DNA of 64,000 nt from the NCBI GenBank assembly GCA_016845345.1, contig JAERSV010000039.1:1113-65112 (forward strand), read 5' to 3'. Shown piece after piece: positions 41,251 to 51,452 of the stretch (positions are counted from its first letter, which is position 1; each line of letters begins with the position of its first letter). The translations under genes and the position numbers were made by a program. The notes under the pieces were generated by a model, which had not been told where the DNA came from, ran no database searches, and worked only from the letters and a program-made list of their open reading frames with translations. This DNA comes from Methanobacteriota archaeon. GTDB lineage: Archaea > Thermoplasmatota > Poseidoniia > Poseidoniales > Thalassarchaeaceae.

Positions 41251-41304
41251 TTTGGGGACATTACCAAATACCTACGGCGATGGGGCACCAAACAGGGAAC
41301 CGAG

Positions 41305-42858
41305 ATGTGTGGCATCATCGGCATCGCCGGCCAGCCCGGCTCGCACGTCAATAAGATGCTATACGACGGGCTTCTTGTTCTACAACATCGTGGTCAAGAC
41401 GCAGCCGGAATTGTAACCTGTGACGATGACCATCTTCACCTCAGGAAATCTAACGGATTGGTCCGGGATGTATTCCACGAGCGCCATATGGAGCGCCTAC
41501 AAGGCTCGATGGGAATTGGACACGTCAGATATCCCACTGCTGGCACCTGTTCTTCGGCTGAAGCCCAGCCATTGTACGTTAATTCACCATACGGGATTAC
41601 AATCGCGCACAACGGCAATTTGGTTAATGCAAAGCAACAGGCGAGGCAACTCTATCTTGATGACTTGCGACATGTCAACACTACTTCAGATTCAGAGGTT
41701 CTGCTCAATGTTATGGCACATGAGTTACAAAAACTGGGTAAAAGACAGTTAAAAATTGAAGATGAACTATACTTGGATGTGCATCAAGTTTTCAAAGCCG
41801 TACGTGAGGTTCACTATCGGTTAAGTGGGGGTTATTCGGTTGTTGGGATGATCAACGGTTATGGCTTATTCGCCTTCCGCGACCCTTTCGGTATTCGTCC
41901 TTTAGTGTACGGGAAAAGTGTGAACGAAAATGGTGTCACAGAATGGGCAGTAGCATCGGAAAGTGTTGCTTTGGACACACTTGGTTTTGAGGATATTCAA
42001 GATGTTGCTCCCGGCGAATGTATTTTCATTTCAGTTGATGGCAAAATGTACCTTGAACAATGCCATTCATCTCCAAAACTACAAAATTGTATTTTTGAAT
42101 ATGTTTACTTCTCTCGCCCTGATTCTGTCATTGATGGAATGTCAGTTCATCAAGCGAGATTGAACATGGGCGAGCGCTTGGCTGACAAAATTATGCGATT
42201 GAAACCTGAGCATGGAATTGATGTGGTGATGCCAATACCTGATTCTGGCCGTTATGCAGCAATTCAGACTGCTGCTCGGCTTGGAGTTGAGTTCCGTGAA
42301 GGGTTTGTGAAAAACCGTTATGTTGGTCGTACCTTCATAATGCCAGGCCAAGCCCAACGCAAGGATTCCGTGCGCAAAAAATTGAATCCGCTTCCAGATG
42401 AATTTTCTGGCAAGACAGTATTGCTTGTGGATGATTCTATTGTACGCGGCAACACCTCGACAAAAATTGTTGAAATGGCTCGGCAAGTAGGTGCTAAGAA
42501 AGTGTATTTCGCTTCTTCTGCCCCGCCGCTTTTGCATCCTAATGTGTATGGTATTGATATGCCAGCAAGAAGCGAATATATTGCACATGGGCAGTCAATA
42601 AAAGAAATTGAAGAGGAAATTGGTGCAGACTTCTTGGTCTATCAAGACTTAGATGACCTAATCGCTGCTTGCACAATCTCAGAAGAAAAAGCGCATGAAT
42701 TTGACACCTCTTGTTTCACTGGTGAATATTGCACAGGAGACATCACCGAAGAGTATCTCAAGATGCTAGAATTACAACGAAACGACGCGGCAAAGAGCGG
42801 AAATGGTGATGGTGAACCTGAAGAAATTGACTCAATGGACATCCACAATGAAGATTAA
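41305..42858 (+). CDS. purF: Amidophosphoribosyltransferase
   Basis: MCGIIGI (N-terminal nucleophile Cys), LQHRGQD, the PRTase motif VLLVDDSIVRGNT, and C-terminal Cys residues. The upstream ORF extension (from 41203) lies inside the repeat. Confidence 0.92.
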   Translation: MCGIIGIAGQPGSHVNKMLYDGLLVLQHRGQDAAGIVTCDDDHLHLRKSNGLVRDVFHERHMERLQGSMGIGHVRYPTAGTCSSAEAQPLYVNSPYGITIAHNGNLVNAKQQARQLYLDDLRHVNTTSDSEVLLNVMAHELQKLGKRQLKIEDELYLDVHQVFKAVREVHYRLSGGYSVVGMINGYGLFAFRDPFGIRPLVYGKSVNENGVTEWAVASESVALDTLGFEDIQDVAPGECIFISVDGKMYLEQCHSSPKLQNCIFEYVYFSRPDSVIDGMSVHQARLNMGERLADKIMRLKPEHGIDVVMPIPDSGRYAAIQTAARLGVEFREGFVKNRYVGRTFIMPGQAQRKDSVRKKLNPLPDEFSGKTVLLVDDSIVRGNTSTKIVEMARQVGAKKVYFASSAPPLLHPNVYGIDMPARSEYIAHGQSIKEIEEEIGADFLVYQDLDDLIAACTISEEKAHEFDTSCFTGEYCTGDITEEYLKMLELQRNDAAKSGNGDGEPEEIDSMDIHNED

Positions 42859-42891
42859 TGTGGAAAAGTTAGAGCCGATTTACGGGGTGAC

Positions 42892-43770
42892 ATGATGCGC
42901 TGGATTATGAGAATGGGCGAAATCATTCTGAAATCTCGCCAAGTTCGAAGATTTATGCGAAAATCATTGCAAAAACACCTCGTTATGCAGGCACAAGTTC
43001 GTGGTGCAAAGGTCAAGGTTACTCCATGGCAAGGAATGCTATTCCTTGATTTGGTTGAAGGAAATGTGGGGGCTGCTGAAGACGCGATGCGTCATACCTT
43101 TGGATTAACTTCAGCCGACCCATTAACATCAGTTGCTGTTGACCCTGAAATAGTTGCAGACGCTGTTATACATCTTGCACCACAAGAAGAAGGCGCAACC
43201 TTTGCTGTGCAGTGCAAGCGACATGGCGAAAAACAAGATTGGACAAGTCAGACATTCGCTGGCGCAGTCGGGGCTGCAATCTTGGCTCGCGCACCACATC
43301 TGAAAGTGAATCTCTCTGACCCGGAGTGGCCAGTTAGAATTTCTTTGATGCCTGAAGAAGTAGGAATCCTTGGAACAAGGATAGTTTGCCAAGGGGGCTT
43401 GCCCACTGGAGTACAGGGGTCTGTAATCACGGAATTAAACAACGAACGAGATTACTTGGCCGCATGGTTAGTAATGAGGCGTGGATGCCGATTAATTGTC
43501 TCTCCAGATTCTAAATCAGAACTTTTTGATTTAGTGAAATTATGGGATCCATCTCATATTAATGATGAAATGAAATCTTATTTGGCGACTGCTCCAGGGC
43601 CAGGGCACATTGGAAATGTCTGGGCAGTAGTTGGTGATAATCTTGGAGAAGAAACATACGAGAGTGATGGAAATGTACCAATGGCAACACTTGAACCACT
43701 AGTTGGTTGGAGTGAGGAAACTATGGATGAACTTCGGCAAAGGGCTGGATTTGATTCGGCGATAGCATGA
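42892..43770 (+). CDS. ThiI-like THUMP-domain protein lacking the PP-loop
   Basis: MGEIILKSRQVRRFM.. matches the ThiI N-terminus and a THUMP-like middle follows. The PP-loop position reads VITELNNERDYLAAWLVMRRG instead of LLSGGxDSxVAAxLxxKRG. Confidence 0.55.
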   Translation: MMRWIMRMGEIILKSRQVRRFMRKSLQKHLVMQAQVRGAKVKVTPWQGMLFLDLVEGNVGAAEDAMRHTFGLTSADPLTSVAVDPEIVADAVIHLAPQEEGATFAVQCKRHGEKQDWTSQTFAGAVGAAILARAPHLKVNLSDPEWPVRISLMPEEVGILGTRIVCQGGLPTGVQGSVITELNNERDYLAAWLVMRRGCRLIVSPDSKSELFDLVKLWDPSHINDEMKSYLATAPGPGHIGNVWAVVGDNLGEETYESDGNVPMATLEPLVGWSEETMDELRQRAGFDSAIA

Positions 43771-43803
43771 AAGCAAAGCGAGTTCCTCTCAACTTTGATA
43801 GCA

Positions 43804-45387
43804 ATGCCACTCACCATTGACCCCGCAAACATCCTAAAGCCCAAATCCCGGGTTACAGATGTGTCTTTTTCCGCTGATGGCAAATATATTGCATGGGGGG
43901 AAGAAGGAGGGGAACTGAGCATTTGTGACTTAGATGGTGGTAACCAATCCGATTCAAAAACCATCGAAGGGGGCATTTCAAAATTAGAATTCGCTCCAGA
44001 TGGGACTGTTATAGTTGGTAGTCATTCTGGGGAATTGCACGGCCATGAAAGACTAGGCGGCCACCGATGGAGCCACCACCTAGGGGGAGGTTGTGACCAC
44101 CTCGCGGTTTCTCCGTCGGGAGATTTAGTAGCCGTTATTGATGGGGCTCGCTTACTGCATTTACTCTCATCTAGTGGTCGCCTTCTAACTCATTATGAGT
44201 CTGGCGAACTGACTTTACTAGCAGTCTCACCGAAGGGTGATACTGCTGCAATTGCTGATGATGTTGGAAATGTAACTGTCCTAGACAGGAATGGAAACGT
44301 CAGCTTCAAGCGCGATTCACGTGGTGAGCAAGGGGAGCGAGTCACTGCGATATGCTACTTGGCAGATGGCCACCTTTGTATTGCGAGAGAGGCCTTAGAT
44401 GTGACAATGGGAGATGAAGAAGAAATTGTCCTTGAATGGTGGAATCCCATGGGTCAGGAGGTGGAGCGAGTAACTATTAGACAGCGATGTGAAGTTTTGA
44501 GCCCTACGGATTCAGGAGTGGTTTGTGGAATGTTTGATGGAGAAGTAATCGAGTTTGACTCAGATCGTTCCCCCATTACAAGGTTCAAGTCACCGTACAG
44601 CATTAATGACTTGATTTCGATTGGTGAGGACCTCTTAATCGCAACCTGGTTCCAAGTGCACTTAATTGACGGGGAAGGCGTAGAAAAATGGCAAGTCGAA
44701 CATACTGGGCTCACTGAGATGGTTATGGTAAGTGATAATGGAAAACTAATTGTCATTGCTGGTGATAATCAGAATGATTACACTAGAGATAATCAGATAT
44801 TAATTCTAAATTCCGAGGCTGAACCTTATTTGATGCAATCTGGGTCTGATATTGATTCTGATTTACAAGAATACTCAACTGCTTCTCCTAGTGAACGAGT
44901 TGCAAACACAGTTGAAGCATTATATGGGGAAGATGAGGATTATTCGGAATTACTTACTGAGTCAGAATTGGCTCAACTCTCAAGGGGAAATTCAACTTCT
45001 GTTGGTTCAGACGATTTGATGGGATTATTAGAGGCTGAAATCACCTTAACAGATGAAACACAAAAAGAGGATTTTGATTTTGATTCGGCTCTTTCAGCCG
45101 CGCCTGATAGAATGAACGTGCCGCCTGTGGCAGATGCTGGTGAAGATTTGATTGTTCAAGCCGATCAATCCGGCGCGGCAGTAGTCACCCTTGACGGATC
45201 TCGTTCATTCGATGAAGATGGTGTAATTGTATCTCACACTTGGAGAGACGTAACAAATCGCGTTATTGGTGAGGCCCCAATTATCAAGGTAAAATTACCC
45301 AAAGGAAATCATACTTTTACTCTGACAGTCACTGATAATGATCGAGCGAGTACCTCAGATACTGTAACTGTGCAAATTAGAGATTGA
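43804..45387 (+). CDS. Beta-propeller (WD40/PQQ-like) repeat protein with C-terminal PKD domain
   Basis: Repeated motifs ...FSADGKYIAWG, FAPDGTVIVGS, AVSPSGDLVAV, AVSPKGDTAAI... are followed by PPVADAGEDLIV...LDGSRSFDEDG...GNHTFTLTVTDNDRAS (PKD-like). Confidence 0.65.
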   Translation: MPLTIDPANILKPKSRVTDVSFSADGKYIAWGEEGGELSICDLDGGNQSDSKTIEGGISKLEFAPDGTVIVGSHSGELHGHERLGGHRWSHHLGGGCDHLAVSPSGDLVAVIDGARLLHLLSSSGRLLTHYESGELTLLAVSPKGDTAAIADDVGNVTVLDRNGNVSFKRDSRGEQGERVTAICYLADGHLCIAREALDVTMGDEEEIVLEWWNPMGQEVERVTIRQRCEVLSPTDSGVVCGMFDGEVIEFDSDRSPITRFKSPYSINDLISIGEDLLIATWFQVHLIDGEGVEKWQVEHTGLTEMVMVSDNGKLIVIAGDNQNDYTRDNQILILNSEAEPYLMQSGSDIDSDLQEYSTASPSERVANTVEALYGEDEDYSELLTESELAQLSRGNSTSVGSDDLMGLLEAEITLTDETQKEDFDFDSALSAAPDRMNVPPVADAGEDLIVQADQSGAAVVTLDGSRSFDEDGVIVSHTWRDVTNRVIGEAPIIKVKLPKGNHTFTLTVTDNDRASTSDTVTVQIRD

Positions 45388-46255
45388 AAGACATCGGCTG
45401 ACGAGCAACTTCCCAACCCATAGCCCTTACTCTAGCAGTCTCAGCCGATGATTCATCATGCAATGGATTTGTGTGATTCAGATGAATAAACACAACGCGC
45501 GGGTCACTTGGACCCTTTATCCCGAGTAATTCGAGGGTATCTTCTACAGGCGGATGACCAATTTTCTTTGCGTGTCCGCCCAACTCTTCTCCTGACCAAA
45601 AAGTCCCATCTAAAAGCACGATATCAACAAATAGTGAATGTAACCAAGAAAGTGGATTATCAGTAGAATGAGATTCCAATGTTACGCTCCAAGAGTCATG
45701 GTCCGGTAAAAATAACAGGCGTTTCGACGCTCCCTCAATGAGGAATGCATGGGTATCAGTATGTTCATCACGATGTGGGACTTTCACCGGCGTAATGCTC
45801 AAATCAGTGGTTAATTCAACTTTTTCACCCGAATAAAAAGGAGTTGGGATGAGGTGATTATTTTCAAAAAGCGGGGCAAGAGGTGGGCTAGATTGCACCA
45901 CTCCAATCATAGATTCTGATGCGTGAAGAGGTATATCTTCAGTACCCCATGCTTCGCAACCGAACAAACCTAAACCGTCGATGTGACCAAGATGCCCATG
46001 TGTAAGCCATATGGAATCTAACTTGTCAAGAGGTCCCCCATCTACTGTGGACCATAGAATCAGTTGGTCTGCTAAAGTCCTGCTAGCTTCAATTAGGTGG
46101 CGGCTTCCATCTTCTGCGGTTAATCCAAGAGCAACTGGATTACGATGTCTTGTTGGACCACCAAATTCAGTCATGCAACAGGGTTTGGCACAACCAGCTT
46201 GTGGCACCCCACCGTCTTGAGCGGTGCCAAGCAAAACCACCTTGACCTCCGCCAT
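45377..46255 (-). CDS. MBL-fold metallo-hydrolase, PqqB-like
   Basis: VVLLGTAQDGGVPQAGCAKPCC resembles the PqqB N-terminus. WLTHGHLGHIDGL is the HxHxDH-type motif. There is an 11-bp convergent overlap with the propeller gene. Confidence 0.6.
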   Translation of the reverse strand: MAEVKVVLLGTAQDGGVPQAGCAKPCCMTEFGGPTRHRNPVALGLTAEDGSRHLIEASRTLADQLILWSTVDGGPLDKLDSIWLTHGHLGHIDGLGLFGCEAWGTEDIPLHASESMIGVVQSSPPLAPLFENNHLIPTPFYSGEKVELTTDLSITPVKVPHRDEHTDTHAFLIEGASKRLLFLPDHDSWSVTLESHSTDNPLSWLHSLFVDIVLLDGTFWSGEELGGHAKKIGHPPVEDTLELLGIKGPSDPRVVFIHLNHTNPLHDESSAETARVRAMGWEVARQPMSFNL

Positions 46256-46396
46256 TATCTACCGGTTATCCCCTCAGCCCATGAGCAAATCGGTTATTCA
46301 CTGAAAATCGGTGAGGAGTGTCAACCGATAGCATACCTACAACTCTTCACGAAAAAGGGATAAGAGAAAGGCCGGGGGCGATGCCATTTGGAGATA

Positions 46397-47065
46397 ATGA
46401 TGGGGGACTTAGAAACGGTGGTCGTAGAACCAGAGATGGAACACACATCTACTGTTGTGTGGTTACATGGTTTAGGGGCATCGGGGCATGATTTTGAGCC
46501 AGTAGTCCCGATGCTTGAATGCCCAAATACACGATTCGTTTTTCCCCATGCACCAATCATGGGTGTTACCATAAATATGGGCATGGAAATGCCTGCTTGG
46601 TATGACATAAAAACGCTTGACTGGGAAGCACCTGACCGAGAAGATGAAACCTCTATCAGAAGTAGTGCAGAGTTGATTGTTGAGTTACTTGAACAAGAAC
46701 ATGAAAGGGGAATAGAATACGAAAATATAGTCCTTGCTGGGTTTTCACAGGGAGGCGCCCTTGCACTTCATGTTGGTGCGCGCTTTCAAAAGAAATTGGC
46801 TGGAATGATGATACTTTCAGCATATCAAGTCTTAGCGGAGACCTATGATGAGGAAGCGAGTGATGCAAACCGGGAAACGCCGATTCTTTTTGGTCATGGA
46901 GTCTATGATGACATGGTTCCAGTTATGATGGGGCGTGCGGCACTTGAAAGCATGGTTGATGCAGGTAATCCCTGCGAGTGGAACGGCTATAGAATGGGTC
47001 ACGAAGTAATCATGGATGAATTAATCAGGATTAAAGAATGGCTAAATGATCTGCTAAATGATTAA
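46397..47065 (+). CDS. Phospholipase/carboxylesterase-family alpha/beta hydrolase
   Basis: VVWLHGLGASGHDF, GFSQGGALAL (nucleophile elbow), FGHGVYDDMVP and GHEV. ATG 46397 follows ggag. Confidence 0.75.
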   Translation: MMGDLETVVVEPEMEHTSTVVWLHGLGASGHDFEPVVPMLECPNTRFVFPHAPIMGVTINMGMEMPAWYDIKTLDWEAPDREDETSIRSSAELIVELLEQEHERGIEYENIVLAGFSQGGALALHVGARFQKKLAGMMILSAYQVLAETYDEEASDANRETPILFGHGVYDDMVPVMMGRAALESMVDAGNPCEWNGYRMGHEVIMDELIRIKEWLNDLLND

Positions 47066-47137
47066 GCAATTTTCATTGATTCTCTAACACCACCATTAAG
47101 AAAATTGCATAAGGTGAATGCAGTAGGGTTGGCAATG

Positions 47138-47608
47138 GAGTTGCGCGGCACAGTTAGCAGTGGGCTGGGCAGGGCCCACATCTTCATGGCACAATCTCAT
47201 TATCAGGACCAATTTAAACGGGTTCTCGGAGTCACGGCTTGGCCTGGGACTCTAAATATCAAAGTTGAAGGAGAATCTTTTGTCCACTACTTAGCCTTGA
47301 GAAATGCAGCGGGGATGGAAACAGCAGGGATTGAGGAAAGTATTAGACAAGCCGCCAACAATATCGACACGTCTGAAATTGAAATTCACCGAATTCAAGG
47401 ATTTGAACGAGAAGGGCGCTCGTTTGGCGGGGCTACAGCCATTATTGCATCACTAAACACAGTTGGCGGCGCTAAAGAAGCAGTCAATTGTGCAATTTTA
47501 ATTCCAGACCTTACGCGCCACACAGATGTTGTAGAAGTGATTGCGTCGGCATTCCTGAGAGAAGCATTTGACCTTCTTGATGGGGATGAACTTCTATTGT
47601 CATATTAA
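47138..47608 (+). CDS. ribK: Archaeal CTP-dependent riboflavin kinase
   Basis: GTVSSGLGRAHIFMAQSHYQDQFKRVLGVTAWPGTLNIKV matches the archaeal RibK signature (G.V.SG.G......Y...F...LG..P.PGTLN). The start is uncertain (47105 or 47138). Confidence 0.7.
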   Translation, partial: ELRGTVSSGLGRAHIFMAQSHYQDQFKRVLGVTAWPGTLNIKVEGESFVHYLALRNAAGMETAGIEESIRQAANNIDTSEIEIHRIQGFEREGRSFGGATAIIASLNTVGGAKEAVNCAILIPDLTRHTDVVEVIASAFLREAFDLLDGDELLLSY

Positions 47609-48480
47609 AGACAAGAAAGCCAACTATTCAGTAGTAACTGCTTTTGTTCATGGTCTGCTGATTGCTGCCAGATTTCAAATTGCCTTCCGTTGATTCTCAC
47701 AGGTGGAGCAGAAAGACTATCGAAAAATTCACCAAATTTGTCGGTGAAAGAAATGTCCTCATACTCTATCGCCCAAAGAGTTAGCCATTTTGATGGCCCT
47801 AACCCGAAAAATGGAGGTTGTTCACCCTTTTCTAGTGCTTCACGTATTACTTCAATGGAGCTAGTACCCACGGCCACCTCACTCATCGCCCACGCCATTC
47901 TTCTGACTTGGTTCCAAAGAAATGACTGTGCACCTATTTCAAATCCAACAAGTCTACCATCAATACGCCATGGTTTGCAATAATCAACTGTTCTTGTTGT
48001 CGCTCTTCCTTCTTCTGGTCGACAATAACCAGTGAAATCGTGAGTTCCTTCAAACAGTTTCATCACTTCTAAAATTACATTTTCATCATGAGGTTTGTTG
48101 AATTGGCGCATGGTTTCCAAGCGAAATCGGTAAATTCGACGGGATGCCATTCTTGGGTTCCAATCTGGACTAGTTTCTTCAGCAGCCCAGATGACTACAT
48201 CATCGAGATGGTCATTTAGAGCGCGGCGAAATCTGACGTCTCCCATTTTCTGCCAAATCGATTTTTTGATTACACAAACCGCGACATTCATTCGAGCAGT
48301 TACTCCTGCATCTGTCCTACTTGAGAGGCGTAATAATGGTTTTTCTCCTGCAAATTTCGCTTTATGAAAGGCTATTTGCAAGTCTTTTTGGACTGTTCTT
48401 ACCCTGGGTTGAATTTGACTGCCATGAAAGGCATCTCCAATGTAAGAGAATGCAAATGCGACGCCGACCATTTCGGCCAT
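47605..48480 (-). CDS. truA: tRNA pseudouridine synthase A
   Basis: VAFAFSYIGDAFHGSQIQP and SSRTDAGVTA (catalytic Asp in the RTDAGV motif). Start candidates are 48489 (GTG), 48480 and 48471. Confidence 0.8.
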   Translation of the reverse strand: MAEMVGVAFAFSYIGDAFHGSQIQPRVRTVQKDLQIAFHKAKFAGEKPLLRLSSRTDAGVTARMNVAVCVIKKSIWQKMGDVRFRRALNDHLDDVVIWAAEETSPDWNPRMASRRIYRFRLETMRQFNKPHDENVILEVMKLFEGTHDFTGYCRPEEGRATTRTVDYCKPWRIDGRLVGFEIGAQSFLWNQVRRMAWAMSEVAVGTSSIEVIREALEKGEQPPFFGLGPSKWLTLWAIEYEDISFTDKFGEFFDSLSAPPVRINGRQFEIWQQSADHEQKQLLLNSWLSCL

Positions 48481-48485
48481 GTGCC

Positions 48486-49001
48486 TCACTCTTGGGTCAA
48501 CAATTCAGCGGCGTCCTCAGCAGTATATCCTAAACCGCCAACGGACCAGACGAGTGCTTGTTTCAACCACGGTATTACCATTGGATTTGATTTGTCAGGG
48601 TCAATCACCTCAATGGTGTCAACAATATTTCTTGCAGCATTGTAAAGAATATCATCAATAGGAATATCTGCTAATTCAAGACGGCGGCTATAACGTTGAA
48701 ATTCTTTCACAGCAATTGGTACTCGCCTACACTCTAGGGCGAAGCCTGCAAAGTCAGCAATGTACTCATCCTTCTCTTCATCTAGTTCCATGGCTTTCTT
48801 GTAATTCATCATGATTTTTCCGCCAGGGATGATATCATCTTGGGCTTCCATGTTAAGCATATTAGCAAATTCTGCATAGGTGTGATGTAATTCTGCAACA
48901 CCTGGATTTGACTTGATTTTTTCATCAAGTTCAGCAACAGCGCCCTCTAAATTACCCTCTCTGAACATCTCAATTGCTGATTCCATCAATTCACCACTCA
49001 T
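48486..49001 (-). CDS. Hypothetical cytoplasmic protein (helical, TPR-like N-terminus)
   Basis: Long ORF with normal composition and no recognisable motif. Confidence 0.45.
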   Translation of the reverse strand: MSGELMESAIEMFREGNLEGAVAELDEKIKSNPGVAELHHTYAEFANMLNMEAQDDIIPGGKIMMNYKKAMELDEEKDEYIADFAGFALECRRVPIAVKEFQRYSRRLELADIPIDDILYNAARNIVDTIEVIDPDKSNPMVIPWLKQALVWSVGGLGYTAEDAAELLTQE

Positions 49002-49074
49002 ACTAAGCCCCTCGCGACAGCCTGTGCTGACAGCAACTCATCTATGAATCAAACGCTTGGGCGGAGTTGAGAAA

Positions 49075-50235
49075 TCAATTCAAATCCATGTCAACATCGA
49101 GGTCGTCTAACGAGTCCTCAGATGATGTTGCTTCTACAGTCTCATCCACTCCTACTGGGTCTGGAATGTCAATCCCCGGAACAACGCCTTGTGCCTTTGA
49201 CATCAATTCAACCATCTGTTTTTGGACTTCTAATTGTTCTTCTGCTTTAGTGACAGCAGAATTGGAATCCATCATTTTCAACATCAAATCATAGGTTTCC
49301 TGCCATTTTGTAATTCCATAGAATGAAATGTCTGGGGTAAATCGCTCCGTCTTTACAGTTCGCTGGAAGGTGATAAAGAAGACAATTCTGCTAATAAATT
49401 TCATGAATCCACCAGTTGCAGAATCTGCCTCCGCGGGAGGTGTTACTCCCACTGCACCACCAACAGTTTCTGTTGATATGTGAGCCTGATCACCAATATT
49501 ACAGTATACAGTTGCATATCCAAACAAGGCGCCGATAGGTGTTCTCCTCTTCATGACTGCACGAATGTTCTCATGTAGGAAAGTTAGGCCGTCGCGCTCG
49601 TAAATGAATGCTTGATGGTGAATTATCCGGTCTGATGTGACGGCATAGATGAAACTCCTCTGATACCAAAATGTAACAGCCCAAATTACTACAGCCCAGA
49701 AAATGCCGAAGAATGTGAAACTCCATTCAATTGGCATTTCAAAGGTAGAATCTGAAAATAGCCTAATGATTTCATCGATGTGCAACAAGAATGGTGTAAA
49801 CGACGAAAGTAAGAGAACTGAAGTCATCCACTTGCCACTGGCTGGATGGTTAATTAAACGGTTAAGCCAAGTGAAGAAGAGCATGACGAAGGCGAATCCA
49901 GTACCGCCAAGCCACCCACTAGCCTTGACTAAGAAGAAGAATAGTTCTTCATACCACGCTGCATCTTCAGGTGCTTCAGCCCAACCGAAAAACAGGTGTA
50001 TCCCTAATACACCAAGCCCTACAAGATAAGCCGGCATAAAGGCGAACAAGGATGGTCGTCGAATCATGAGTAGTTCTTCATCGTCGTACAAACGAAGTTT
50101 GGAACTAAATTTCTCACCTAAATTGCTAATATTTTCTGCCTCTGACATATCAAAACCACACTGCTCATGACTTGCAAATGTCCGCCCGTATATCATTCTA
50201 TGCAAAAAAGGGATACTCAGTGAAGTATACCCCAA
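49075..50235 (-). CDS. Membrane protein with bacterial-PH (YdbS/YdbT-like) domain
   Basis: Several TM helices. The segment YAVTSDRIIHHQAFIYERDGLTFLHENIRAV...IGALFGYATV resembles bPH_2. Confidence 0.5.
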   Translation of the reverse strand: MGYTSLSIPFLHRMIYGRTFASHEQCGFDMSEAENISNLGEKFSSKLRLYDDEELLMIRRPSLFAFMPAYLVGLGVLGIHLFFGWAEAPEDAAWYEELFFFLVKASGWLGGTGFAFVMLFFTWLNRLINHPASGKWMTSVLLLSSFTPFLLHIDEIIRLFSDSTFEMPIEWSFTFFGIFWAVVIWAVTFWYQRSFIYAVTSDRIIHHQAFIYERDGLTFLHENIRAVMKRRTPIGALFGYATVYCNIGDQAHISTETVGGAVGVTPPAEADSATGGFMKFISRIVFFITFQRTVKTERFTPDISFYGITKWQETYDLMLKMMDSNSAVTKAEEQLEVQKQMVELMSKAQGVVPGIDIPDPVGVDETVEATSSEDSLDDLDVDMDLN

Positions 50236-51443
50236 CTATGCTCTGCATTACCATGTACCCAACCCCAATCACCAATTGTCCTAACTCCTTTTTCGTCAAG
50301 CACGGTGATTTGCTCAACCTTTAGAGGATACTCATTGTAGGTGAAATGACTTGTCAAATGGGCACGAGTTGGCTGATTAAACGACCAATGCGCCCTGCCG
50401 ACTGCACGAACAATCAACCCAACTTGAGTCCTACCATTCCACATTCTCACGTGGAATTTTGGCAGAGGGTTTCCATTTGAATCATACTCAGCATCTTTTC
50501 CTTTAGGCTGAATTAATTTAACTTCACATCGTTCAAACTTTTCAGTTCTCTGACGACCAGCATCTTTGAACATTCCAGCACCTGCCAAAGGAAGTCGAGT
50601 GAAATCCCGCAATTTCCACGGGTCAGAATCTTTAGCAGTCACTGAAAGCGATATGTGTGGTAACCACCAATCTAAATATGAGCCATCTTCAAAATGTAGC
50701 ATCCCCCAAAACCACGGAATTGATGGGGCTTGCACTGTTACCTTTTGGAAATACGCAGTCCCTTCTATTTCTTCACCATCAATTGTACCACTGCATTTGG
50801 TACCATGTATTCTCAAAATATCATAACCCATATTTCCAGCATATACATTATGCTTGTATTCAAGTGCAGAAATCTCACGATTCCAAGGAGTCATTTTCAA
50901 ATCAAATTTTGTAGGAGAACCATCCGATATGGCGCTCTCATCAGAAGTTAATTTTAGCCAAAATTTGCTTCTATCCGCCGCTAATCCCATTGATAAATCA
51001 TCTCCGAGGATTGGAATTACCGCTCCACCACCATCTGACTTTTCAGCACCCCACAATGGGTGGTCTGCACTAATTGAGGCCATTCTCGCCTCTCTAAGCA
51101 CAAGTGGTTCAAACACCTTTTCTCCATCAAACCACCAAGAGGCTACCATGCCCGGAAAAACGATTCCACCTTCATTATCAGTATGGGTTCTGCCGCCACC
51201 CCACCAATCAAATCCACTGACATCAATGCGCTCGCAATCACGTGTTGACCAAAGCACCATCAATTGTTTACTACGCCCGGGCCTATCTGGGTCTGGTATA
51301 ATCACTAACCACCACCACCACCACCAAGACAGGCGCCGCAATGGTGGTAGGGTATCTAAATGCCAAAATGAAGAAAAATCCCCTTCGAATTTTTCTAATG
51401 GCTCCCATGTCCTTGGAGAGCCCTTCGAGTTAGTGTTTAACAT
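50217..51443 (-). CDS. Hypothetical protein with hexa-tryptophan run (weak CrtC/AttH-like resemblance)
   Basis: 408-aa ORF containing RRLSWWWWWWLVII, with a beta-rich Trp-rich composition. The antisense 243-aa ORF is Ser/Pro low complexity. Confidence 0.5.
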   Translation of the reverse strand: MLNTNSKGSPRTWEPLEKFEGDFSSFWHLDTLPPLRRLSWWWWWWLVIIPDPDRPGRSKQLMVLWSTRDCERIDVSGFDWWGGGRTHTDNEGGIVFPGMVASWWFDGEKVFEPLVLREARMASISADHPLWGAEKSDGGGAVIPILGDDLSMGLAADRSKFWLKLTSDESAISDGSPTKFDLKMTPWNREISALEYKHNVYAGNMGYDILRIHGTKCSGTIDGEEIEGTAYFQKVTVQAPSIPWFWGMLHFEDGSYLDWWLPHISLSVTAKDSDPWKLRDFTRLPLAGAGMFKDAGRQRTEKFERCEVKLIQPKGKDAEYDSNGNPLPKFHVRMWNGRTQVGLIVRAVGRAHWSFNQPTRAHLTSHFTYNEYPLKVEQITVLDEKGVRTIGDWGWVHGNAEHSWGILH

Positions 51444-51452
51444 TTTGAAACC

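Noticed and set aside
41203-41304. N-terminal extension of the purF ORF
   Set aside because: PurF must begin with Met-Cys (MCGIIGI, ATG 41305) because Cys1 is the nucleophile. The extension lies in the intergenic tandem repeat.
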